Positions 53,390 through 64,000 of a stretch of 64,000 bases of DNA are shown here, one piece after another. The position numbers and the translations under genes were made by a program. The notes beneath the pieces are model-generated. The model did no database searches, had not been told where the DNA came from, and saw only the letters and a program-made list of their open reading frames with translations. Origin of the DNA: Chiloscyllium plagiosum (taxonomy: Eukaryota); contig NC_057754.1 in assembly GCF_004010195.1 (NCBI RefSeq), forward strand, positions 11,873,609 to 11,937,608, in the 5' to 3' direction. Numbering within the stretch: the stretch's first letter is position 1; each line of letters starts with the position of its first letter.

Positions 53390-54143
53390 TGACATGTGGC
53401 AGATGGAGTTTAACTTGAATAAATGTGTGTTTTAGCATTTTGGTGAAACAAACAAGGGGAGTGTTTATCCAAATAACGTTGGTAGTGTTGTACAAAAGTG
53501 GGACCCAGGGTGCAGGTATCACTCATTGAAGTTTGTGGCACATATAGACAGGGTGCTCAAGGTGCCTTCATTGCTCAGAACTTTCAGTTTAGAAGTTGGG
53601 AAGTCATTCTGAGATTGTGCAGGACATTGATAAAACCTCTTCTGAAGTACTGTGTTCAGTTCTGTTATAGGAAGGATACTATGAAGCTGAAGAGGGGTCA
53701 GAAGAGATTTACCAGGATGTTTCCGGGAACAACTCATCTTCTGCCTCGGGAGCCTACAAACACACGGCATGAACATTGGATTCAACAGTTTCCAAACCTC
53801 TCCTCACCCACCCAGATTCCAGATCCAACCCTCTGAATCAGATCCGCCCGCTCGAGGGGACCTACCTGTCCATCTTCCTTCGCACCATCCACTCCACTCT
53901 CCCCACTGACCCATTACTATCACCTCCTACCTTCCCCCACCTATCGACTACTTTTCTCACAGAGCAACCCCCACTACCTATTTTCTCTCAGCCCCCTTCC
54001 CCCTCCCCAGTCCTGAACAAGTGTCCTGCTTGAAACGTTGATTCGCTTGCTCCTCGGATGCCACCTGTCCTACACTGCCTTTTCCACCGCCACGCTTTAT
54101 CTAATCTGAATTCTTCAGCATTTGCTGTCTCCATTGTCCCCTA
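53390..54143 (+). mobile_element. CR1 fragment followed by a decayed PLE 3' fragment (from ~53730)
   Basis: LIKPLLKYCVQFCYRKD, followed by sequence homologous to 10860-11280. Confidence 0.7.
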
Positions 54144-54625
54144 GGTACAATTACCTGTTAACATATCCACACCATCTGCCTGTTATAACCCCAAGTTGTC
54201 TGAGGCACATTCTCTCTTCAGATCATGGACTATAACATGTCACTCAATGTCTTATTGATATTGTCATGCCTGAGCAATATTTATAGGATGTATGTTTCCA
54301 TTTTTGAACAGAGAAGCATATATATGTTCCGATAAACTTCTCGCATTACTCCCATATCCTAGGCAGCTTGAAAGGTTTGAAAGGTGTAAATTTTATCGGT
54401 ATTTTGAATTTTAATCAAACAGTATTGAATTGAAAGATGTTGGCTGGAGCAATTTGTTCAGCGACTGTGATTAATGTCACTCTCCATGGATTGTAATTAG
54501 ACCAGTGGAAGGTGTCTTTTAATGATAAATGGGTTCTGTTCAATGTGTTATCCCATAGTGTGGGTAGGACCATCATCGAGAGCACTAACAGGGATCAGTC
54601 CCTCCAGAGAGAGGGGGAGGAGAGA

Positions 54626-54751
54626 TCATAATCTGAGAACATTCGACTGGAATGTTGCAACAATGGAACAGAATCTGAGAACCTTTGACTGGAATGTTCC
54701 AATAATGAATCAGAATCTGGGAACATTAGACTGGAATGTTCTAACAATGGA
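54626..54751 (+). repeat. 42-bp coding minisatellite, 3 units
   Basis: 3 x 42 bp, same consensus as 21405-21614. Confidence 0.9.
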
Positions 54752-54879
54752 CAGGACTTTATCCTATGGTCTTTACTGGCTTTCCCAGCCTTGGAAATCA
54801 TTAGCTTGGCGGATCTACAATGTACTGCTGGTTATTCAAGCTGGTTACTATCCCATCCTCGCTATAGTTGGTGTTCCTG
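54663..54879 (+). CDS. GPR139-like: GPR139/GPR142-like class A GPCR exon 1 (intact reading frame)
   Basis: MEQNLRTFDWNVPIMNQNLGTLDWNVLTMDRTLSYGLYWLSQPWKSLAWRIYNVLLVIQAGYYPILAIVGVP, then G|gtgagt (phase 1, donor at 54880). Exon 2 is not in the window. Confidence 0.72.
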
Positions 54880-57800
54880 GTGAGTTATTCTCGCTGTCTA
54901 TGACAGCAGTTTTACCTGAATTACTTCACATGTTATTTAAAATTTGGAAAGTTGCAAGTCAACGTTTCCAGTTCCAATCAAAAATTCCAATTCTTAGAAA
55001 TTACAATTTGCAAATTACTATTTACAACGTACTCACCAATATGTGAGGAGGAAACAGACTGTTCTACAAGTCCATAATCCTTCTAGCCCTTAACAGATCT
55101 ACATTTCAATATCCTCCCAATCACATGGGGTTGCCTTCTCGGAGATGGAAGATGCATCTTCGAGATTTGACACAAAACATTTGGCTTCCTTCCTCACTGC
55201 CAGAAAACCACGTTAAAATATCATGTGTCCCACAGGCAATGGAGCCACGAGGAGCAACGTGTAGCCGTCTATGAGTGCAGTCTCTGTTCCATTGGTTTGT
55301 CATCTTGGAGCATCAATAACACCCACCTGTTCTTGTAAAAATGTCTCGACGGGCTGAATGGCCTCCCCCAAGTCCTATGGAACAGGTTCAAGGGTCTGAT
55401 TGGGTTCTGCCTGTTCCTGTTCAACAGTTCGATGTACTGACCAGACCTCTCCTCTTCCCGTGGAATATGAAGGAGGATTGAATTGGCTGTCCCTCTTCTT
55501 GTTCCATAGTTTCCATAGGCTGGGTGGCTTCCACATACCCATGCATAACCAGCTTCAGATGCTGAATGAGCTCCTCTTTTAACTGTGGAAATGTGCAGTG
55601 TTTGACCGTGCTGTTACATGAATGTTACCGACCTTTCCACAGCACAAACCTGAATGGTGTCCAGGTCTTGCTGCACATGGACACAAAATGGTTCAAGAGC
55701 TGAGGGGGGACAAAATGTTCTGAACGTTGTCTGATCTTCAGTTTCCATTCCCACTTCAGATTTTATGGTGGAGAAAGACATTGATAAAGCAGCTGAAGAT
55801 ATTTGTGCTGAGGAAGCTACCCTGAGGATCTCCTGAAGAGATGTCCCGGGATTGAGAGAATTGTTGGCCACCGACCACAAACATCTTCCTTTGTGCTCTG
55901 AAAGACCCTGTCCAGTGGGGTCCAGCTGACTCCCATTCAGCTCAAATAAGTAGGTGGTCCCAAAGAGATTCTCAGTCAAATACTGCCTTGATATCAAAGC
56001 CATTCACTCTGTCCTGAACCCCTGTGTTCATCTCTTGTTCATATCAATATTTGATGGTGTTTGTGTAGAGAGAGGTTTCCTCTCACAAAGGGGAATCAAT
56101 GTCAGGAATCAGCCGGGCTCGTTTGGCGAGTTAGATCACTGGAAGTATTTAAAGAGGAGGTCGATGAATTTTTGACCTGTCAGAGAGCTGAGGGACCTGA
56201 AGAATTGGAAATTAAAGAGGAGTTAATGTGAACAGTAGATCAGCCATGACTGTATACAATGGTTGGATCGTCCAAATTACCGCACCCTGTTCCTTGTTGT
56301 TAATTGTTGCAACTTTCCTGAACGTTCTATTATTGAATGTTGCAATTTGAGAGAGCAACGTATTTTGTGAGTCATCTCTGCGTGAGGTATGTGGTCTGTA
56401 TTCACCGTGAATCTGGGACTGTAACATGACCAACAAATGAAGCACAAGTTTCAGAGAGGAGACACTCTGTAAAGAGATCAGAGGCATCTTTCGAACCCAG
56501 CCTCGATTTCCCAATAACATTTTCCAACGACACCAAACCGTGTGTGACAGTTGTGAGGGATTGAATATGATCCTGTGTTACTGTGGACCAGGTTTTTGGA
56601 GCACGTGGCCCACATCTACTCCTTGCAGGACTTTTGAAGGACTGAAAACAACATAGGAACATACGACTGAGGAGCAGGAGTGGGTCATTAGACACATTGT
56701 AACTTTTCCACCACGCACTAAGACTGTGGCTGATCTGATCGTGGTTTCTGTAGCACTTCGATACCATTTTCCTACATTCACTTGTCTGTCAAATTTTCAG
56801 CAAAAACAACTTTGAATAAAGGCAAACATTGGGGCACCACAAACTTCTGTGGAAGGGAATTCCCACTTTAACAACCCTTTGAGAATTTCGCATTTGTGTT
56901 CCAATCAATGTTGGATGGTTACTGTTTCCTTTTCCAGTCCCACTCCTCCACTGGTTACAACAAATTATAAATGTAAACAGTTTACAGATATGACCAATGA
57001 TATAGGTCTCATACGGGGTCATTTTCAAGAAAAATGTGAGACACAGAAAGTTGAACTCATAACAAATGGTAAAATGATAGTTGTCCCAGTTGCTATTCTG
57101 CCTTTGAAGTTATTCTGCTCACACAGTCTGCTGGGAATGGGATTTCTTTCTGAAACAGTTAGATTTGGCTGAATTCCCTTTGATTCAGGCAGAGGAGAGA
57201 TTCAAATAATACTCATCAAGAATCCTTCACAAATAGTAAAGATGGCCCAGGGATTTTATGGTCTCACACTTTGCTATTGGTTGATCAAGTTAAGAGAGAG
57301 GAATCAATCAGCTGCTGCTTCTCAGGCGGGAACGTTTTTCTCCCTCTCTGTGTTGGAGCGTAAAATCATGTCAATCGAACACCAAACTGCACCATGCGTG
57401 CTCTCCACGAACATGTTTTTGGAATGGATGAATATGGACTCTATGCAGTGGCATCATTGCTGTTATTGTACATCGCGCCTTTCATGAGCAAAACATGTTC
57501 CCGATTTATAATGTGATGACATGTTTATATGCGTCTGTGTAATTTCTAAATATTGGTCGATGTGTTTTATAATATGTGTGTTATTGTCAATACATCTCAT
57601 TCTTAAAATATATCCTCTGGCTTTGTTCTCCTTAAATGCATCCAGCTGATACACTTTTCAGAAAGTCATGGATGGTTCATTAAGATTTCTCATCCAAGAT
57701 CGAAACTGATAATTCCCCATAACAAATCCCTCTTCATCCCAGGAATGAGTAGAGGGAAACATTTCTGAAAATCTTCTAAAATAATTATATTTTTTTTAAG

Positions 57801-58397
57801 GTTAGGGGACCACATCTGATACACTGCACACAGTGTATCAGATGTGGTCTCAGCGATGCCCTGTATAGATGCAATAAACCATTACTCATTAAACCGATAC
57901 CTTTTGCCAGAAACAGCAATTTCATCAGATGACCTTCCAAATCACTTGCTGCATTTGCAGACTGACTTCATATGATTCATGTACTAGGAACATGGAAACC
58001 GCCTGTATCACAGAGTTCTGCGATCTCTCTCCATTTAAATTCATTACAATTGTTTTATCCTTCCTGCCAAAATGAGACAATCAAGTTATACTATTTCAGC
58101 TGAAGTCTTGCTCATTAGCCTTCCCTGTCTATATCACAATGCAGACTCACTACCTCCATTTGACAACATATTGAATGACGAGCTAATTGAGCTTGAAGAC
58201 ATTCAGTCCACTTCCTCCAGATCTTTGATACAGATTATTGATCATTGATCACCCACAGTGATCTCTGCGGCACTACACAAGTTACAGCTTTAAAACCTGA
58301 AAATAAACGTTTATGTCTATTCTCTATTTCCTGTTAGCGACAGCTTCCCTGATCATGTGTAGCAGCTCAGGCAGGTTGAATGGCCTCCTTTTGGGCT

Positions 58398-58831
58398 GTT
58401 GGACCTCCTTTTGGACTCCTCCATCGCCAGACTATAGCAACACTACGGCTGGAGGAAGAGCGCCTCATCCTCCGCCTAGGAACCCTCCAACCACAAGGAA
58501 TGAACTCAGATTTCTCCAGTTTCGTCATTTCCCCTCCCCCAACCTTGTCTCAGTCCCACCCCTCGAACTCAGCACCACCTTCCTAACCTGAAATCTTCTT
58601 CCTGACCTCTCCGCCCCCACCCCCACTCCGGCCTACCACTCTCACCTTAACCACCTTCCACCTATCGCATTTCCAATGCCCGTCCCCCAAGTACCTCCTC
58701 CCTACCTTTTATCTTACCCTGCTGGGTACACTTTCCTCATTCCTGAAGAATGGCTCATGCCCGAAACGTCGATTCCCCTGCTCCTTGGATGCTGCCTGAC
58801 CTGCTGCGCTTTTCCAGCAACACATTTTCAG
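58398..58831 (+). mobile_element. Penelope-like 3' fragment specific to copy 3
   Basis: LRLEEERLILRLGTLQPQGMN. Imperfect TSD ctcctNttgggct. Empty sites at ~17680 and ~27245. Confidence 0.85.
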
Positions 58832-58969
58832 CTCCTGTTGGGCTATGTAATGTACTTAACTAGGTTAATTACTTCATCCTATATTCCTGTGTAACTCCAT
58901 CGAGTGGCAGAATGGTCTCCTCCCGTCACATTGTAACAATCCTGTATGTCTAATTGGGGTGGTTCCCCA

Positions 58970-59150
58970 CTGTGCAACAGCCTGGCGAGTGGATTTTTGG
59001 GAACAACGCATGGGGTAGGAGCAGCAGTATATCTCTGTTACAGACTCGAGGGGTGGATTGAGGGAACAGCACATAGCTGGGGCAGCAGTATATCTCTGTA
59101 ATGACCTCGAGAATGGATTGATGGCACAGCCCATGTGGTAGAGGCAGCAG
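58970..59150. repeat. ~59-bp minisatellite, about 3 units
   Basis: Same unit as 17826-18126. Confidence 0.85.
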
Positions 59151-60350
59151 TTGGCCATTCAGCGACACCATTCAGAATGCTCATGGCTGATCCGAGTGTG
59201 TATGATTATCCATCTCCTGTCTGTTCCCAATAAACATTGACTCTCCCGTCCAGCAAAGATCAGACGAGTTCAGCCTTGAATATCTTCAATAACCGAGTCT
59301 TCACTGCTCCCTGAGGATGAGGACACCACAGACAGCACAACATACAAAAAGGAAAGGGACATCTTTATTTTATTGTGGGACCCGTTATTTTAAAACTGTG
59401 TTGACCTAACGTCAAATCACCACCTCTTTTCAGACATAAGGATACAATACTTAGTCATAAACATAGACCATTCCATCCTCCAAACCTATCCCACATACCC
59501 ATTGACTCTTTCCAATTAAGTATGTATCAAACCCAGTCTCTGCCGCTGTCTCAGGAAGAGAATGCCTGACAGTATTACACTACACAAGCATTAAAAAAGA
59601 AGCAGAATTAGGCCATTCGGCACATCGAGTCTAATATGCCATTCGTAAATTAGTTACATGATCCTCAATGTCATTCTCCTGCCTTCTCCCTAGAATCCTT
59701 GATGGTATACTGGTGTGTTTTACACAATACATCTGTCTATTTCTATGCCTGCAAATCTGTGCAATGGGGTATCTGTTATTTTGGGAGTGAGAGTAGGTTT
59801 TGGAACTGACAATGGGTTTAAAGTGAGAATTGAAACTTCACTGAACATTGCTCCTTACTCGGTTGGTGGAATGTGGATGATTCAGAATCTCCACACAAGG
59901 CATCCCAGTCCTTTCCGGCTTGTACCAGGATTCACCCCACATTGCGGGGGTGCGGGGAGGGAACGGATATCAGGCACTCCACTGCCCGGCTTGGCCCTTT
60001 CTGTCCTATTCCTGGCTGTTCCTCCTGGAATAGGAGAAATGGAGGGGGTAGGGATAGTGGGAGTGGGTATCCCGGCTGTTAGTGATGGTGTAGCTGGGGG
60101 CGATTGTGTGGTGTCTGGAGGAAGTCTGTCCACAGAGTTGTAACCGTAAGGTGTTATTAGTTTGGGGATTATTGCATCGGTGACAGAAAAAAAAGTAGTG
60201 GAAGGAAGGTGCTGAACTCAACATGAGAGTGAAAGTAGTTGAGTGTTACTTGTAGATAGAACGTGAGCCTTGTTCGGGAGTAGGTGCTATTACAGACATA
60301 TAGTGAATGTGAGGGAGCAGAGAGAATACGTTGGCCCTTATTCTGGCAAA

Positions 60351-60415
60351 GTGGGGAAAATATTGTTGCTTGTCCTGTATTGCTGGCCATTTCTTCAGAT
60401 CATCTCAGCGTCGAG
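60351..60415 (+). pseudogene. Leader-like exon paralog lacking ATG
   Basis: GTG GGG AAA ATA TTG TTG CTT GTC CTG TAT TGC TGG...TCG AG|gtgagc. Both ATG positions of copy 1 are GTG or TTG here. Confidence 0.3.
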
Positions 60416-61344
60416 GTGAGCCTCCCAGAACGTCTTGTCGAAGTCTATCATTAATAACCACACAGATCCTGTCCCTCAGATTCCACAGAATCAGTTTGGG
60501 TGGATCTTGCAATTAACTAGGAAAAGCAAACATTAGTGTGTTACATATCTAAACCAAACCTGTCGTGCAAATATTTTGCACCATATGCTCTGGAAATTAG
60601 ATACGCAAGTTTATACAAGGGAAAGCAATAGCCTCATGGTAGTATCGCTAGACTGTTAACCCAAAGACCCAGGTAATGTTCTGGGGACCCAGGTTCAAAT
60701 CTTGCCATGGCAGATGGTGGAATTAGAATGCAATAAGTATCTGGAATCAAGGGTTTATGATGACCAGGAATCCATTATCGATTGTTGGAAAAACTCATCT
60801 GGTTTACTAATATCCTTTAGGGAAGGAATCTGCTGTCCTTACCTGGTCTGGCCCACATGTGACTCTAGACCTAGACCTGTTGACTCTTAATTGCCCTCTG
60901 ACAGCGGCAGTAAATGCTGGTTATCCAGCGACGCCCTCATCCTGTGTATGAGAAACAAATAATCATGGGTACTGCAGCAATAATGGATGGTCTCAAGTTG
61001 AATTCAAACTGCATAACTTAAGTGACTGTTAATGTTGTGAAAACTAATGTCCATACCTACATATCTAGTAGATAGAAGAGTATGTTGTGAACAAAACTAG
61101 ACAGTAGGTTATTTCGAATTTGGTGTTGTGCGGTCAGCAGGACTAATCACCAGCCTTGCTTTGAAGCAGGTTTGGAGGAATAGTGACATTAATATGTTGC
61201 ATTTTACATGGCGTCTGCATACAATATCGAATGTTTGAACATTCCGGTCAGACATCATGGATGCCCGGAGGTTGGAAGGCCAGGTTCGCTCCAATGAATT
61301 GGCAAGTACAATATAACATTCACTGGGAGACAAGCAGTGTTTGT

Positions 61345-61890
61345 TAGAGTCATAGAGTCCTGCAGCACAAAGACAGGCCCTTCTGCCAAAACTGGTCCAT
61401 TCCACCAAAATGTCCCTCAATGTTAGCTCCATGTTCTTACCATTGCCCCTTAATCTTCTAATCTTTTCCTGTCGGTGTATATATCCAAATGCCTTTTAAA
61501 GATTGTGAATGTACTCAACTCAACCATTTCCGCCAGCAGCACATTCCATATGCACACAACCTTCTCTGTATAAATAAGTGCCCCTCAAGTTCCCTTTTGT
61601 TCTTTCCCAACGGACCTGAAAGTGATCCTTTCTAGGCCGGGATTACCCAACCATTGGAAAAAAAAAGACTGAGTGCATTCACTCTATTCATGCTTGTCAT
61701 GATCTTATACCCTTCAATAAGATCCCCCCTCAGTCTCATACATGCTAATGTAAAAAGTCCTTGCTTGTCCAACCTCTCCCTATAACTCAGACCATTGAGT
61801 CCAGGCAACATCATTGTAAATTTCTTCTGCACTCTTTCCAATTTAATAACATCCTTCCGATAGCAAAGGGAACAAAATTGAACGTAGTAC
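61345..61890 (-). mobile_element. CR1 LINE 3' end (paralog of 30136-30660)
   Basis: YRKDVIKLERVQKKFTMMLPGL and RLRGDLIE motifs. Confidence 0.88.
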
Positions 61891-62843
61891 GTGAACATGT
61901 CGCTGGATTGAGAATTGCTAAGTCTGATGAAACAGATGTACTTCATATCAAAATGTCAGAAATAAATCAGCAATATAAGTGTTGATTGCACTGTGGATGT
62001 CTGTGTTTTTAGTTTCCTGTACATTCTGCAGAGACTGGAAACCATTGTTGATAAATGGAAGATAGTAAACCTTATCTAAGCATCGTCGATGAATGGAATG
62101 GATCTAAGCATCCACAAAGGGAAAAAGAGATAGTGTGGCGAACTGTGGATCAATTAACTTAACATCTGTAGGGAAACTGTTGGTATCTATTATATAGGAT
62201 GTGGTATTGGATATTTAAAAATTAACAGCAGCATTGGTGAGAATAAGTATGAATTTCTGAAAGGAAAATCATACCTTGATTAAATTCAGAATTGTTTGAA
62301 GGTTATGTGGAGGAATATATGTAAGTGGAAAGTTACATTTCGGTTCGCCTTCATTTCAGGGAATCAGACTATAGATGTCAGGACATGTTGAAGCAGTTTC
62401 ACAGCGTGTTGGCGAGACTGTAGCTGGAATATTGTGTACAATTTTGGTGAGACTGTACCTGGAATATTATGTTAAAAATCATACCCCAGTCCAACACTGG
62501 CATCTCCGAATCATGGAATATTGTGTACAGCTTTGATGACCCAATATGAGAAAGAACATACTGACCACAGAGGAAGTGCCATAAGCATTGTCCAGATTCA
62601 TCCCTCAGATGGCGAGATTATCTGATGAGGAAACGCGGCCCGTGTTCTCTAGAGATTCAAAGAATGACAGGTGGGCCACAGTGAAATTTTGAAAATTCAC
62701 TAAACATATAACAAGATGGGAATAAACAGGATGTTTCTCTGACTGTTTACCCTACATTTAAGACAAATAATTGCAGGATCTGGGGCAGGCCATTTAAGAC
62801 AGCAATAAGGAGGAAATTCTTCACTTGAAGGGGACTGACTAAC

Positions 62844-63671
62844 GGTCTAGATTAGAGTGGTGCTGGAAAAGCATAGCTCTTCAGGCAACATCCGAGGAGT
62901 AGTAAAATCGACACTTCGGGCAAAAGCCCTTCATCAGGAATACAGGCAGAGTGCTTGAAGGGCGGAGAGACAAATCAGAAGAGAGTGGGCGTGGGAAGAA
63001 GGCAGTATAGAGTGCAGTGGGAGAGGCACTCCCTGAGATTCTTGTCGAGAGAGGAGGAAAACTTCTTCAAGTCAGGCATCCTTGCTAGAGGATTCGCAGG
63101 TTTAAAATCAACTAGGTAAAAACACTGACTGCAGATGCTGGAAACCAGAGTCTAGATTAGAGTGGTGCTGGAAAAGCACAGCAGTTCAGGCAGCATTCGA
63201 GGAGCAGTAAACTCGACGCTTCGAGCAAAAGCCCTTCATCAGGAATCCAGGCAGAGTGCCTGAAGGGCAGAGAGACAAATCAGAGGAGGGTTGGGGTGGG
63301 GAGAAAGCGGCATAGAGTGCAGTGCTCTGGTTTCCAGCATCTGCCGTCATTGTTTTCACCTAGTTGATTTTTAACCTTACTGAGAATCCTCTTGCAAGGA
63401 CGCCTGCCTTGAAGAAGTTTTCCTCCTTTCTCTACAATAATCTCAGGGAGTCCCTCTCCCACTGCACTCTATGCTGCTTTCTCCCCACCCCCACCCTCCT
63501 CTGATTTGTCTCTCTGCCCTTCAGGCACTCTGCCTGTATTCCTGATGAAGGGCATTTGCCCGAAGCGTCGATATTACTGCTCCTAGGACGCTGGCTGAAC
63601 TGCTGTGCTTTTCCAGCACCACTCAAATCTCGACACTGGTTTCCAGCATCTGCAGGCATTGTTTTTAACCT
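62844..63671. mobile_element. Compound Penelope-like insertion with tandem and inverted terminal repeats
   Basis: 62846-63019 is repeated directly at 63151-63324, with an inverted copy at ~63325-63670. 15-bp TSD aggggactgactaac (62829-62843 / 63672-63686). Empty site at ~33160. Confidence 0.88.
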
Positions 63672-64000
63672 AGGGGACTGACTAACACAGGGCCATGGAA
63701 AACTGCTGGAAAGGCAAGGTTAGGGAGAATCCCCAGATATTCTACAAATGTGGAAAGCCGGGAAGAATAACTAGTGAATAGTTGGGACCTATTAGTGACT
63801 TGCCAAGTTGCATCCAAATCAACTTTAGTGGTCGGAAAAGGTGGTGGTAGAAGGCTGTTTGTGTGACTAAAGACCGGTGTCCAATGGTGTACCATAGGTA
63901 TCAGTGCTGTGTCCCTTATTAGTTGTGATTCGGAGGTCCCAGTGTTGAACTGGGATGGACCAATTTAAAAATCACACAACACCAGGTTATAGTCCACCAG

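Larger units (their letters stand above)
54153..64000 (+). repeat. Segmental duplication, copy 3 (runs off the window)
   Basis: Colinear with 20874-33500. Lacks the equivalents of ~21975-23990 and ~30660-32335, and has private PLE insertions. Confidence 0.9.

Overview
Repeat-rich vertebrate genomic DNA, most likely from a cartilaginous fish (inferred from HE1/V-SINEs, SacSINE-like elements, abundant CR1 LINEs and Penelope-like elements). A 500-N scaffold gap (7572-8071) separates an AT-rich left contig from the rest. No complete protein-coding gene is visible. The window is dominated by decayed CR1 LINEs, Penelope-like elements with target-site duplications and hammerhead motifs, and SINEs. 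Three paralogous ~9-10 kb segments are present (about 11166-19766, 19781-33600 and 54153-64000). Each carries a GPR139-like GPCR first exon, or its remnant, with a coding 42-bp N-terminal repeat, plus a separate leader-like exon; a fourth leader-like copy lies at 42250. No GPCR exon 2 (TM2-7) was found. Other features: one tRNA-Leu with a TAA anticodon on a CUN-type body, a ~770-bp near-identical tract between otherwise diverged paralogs, a perfect 186-bp inverted repeat, and an old array of mini-exon-like units. All comparisons were made by eye and repeat boundaries are approximate.
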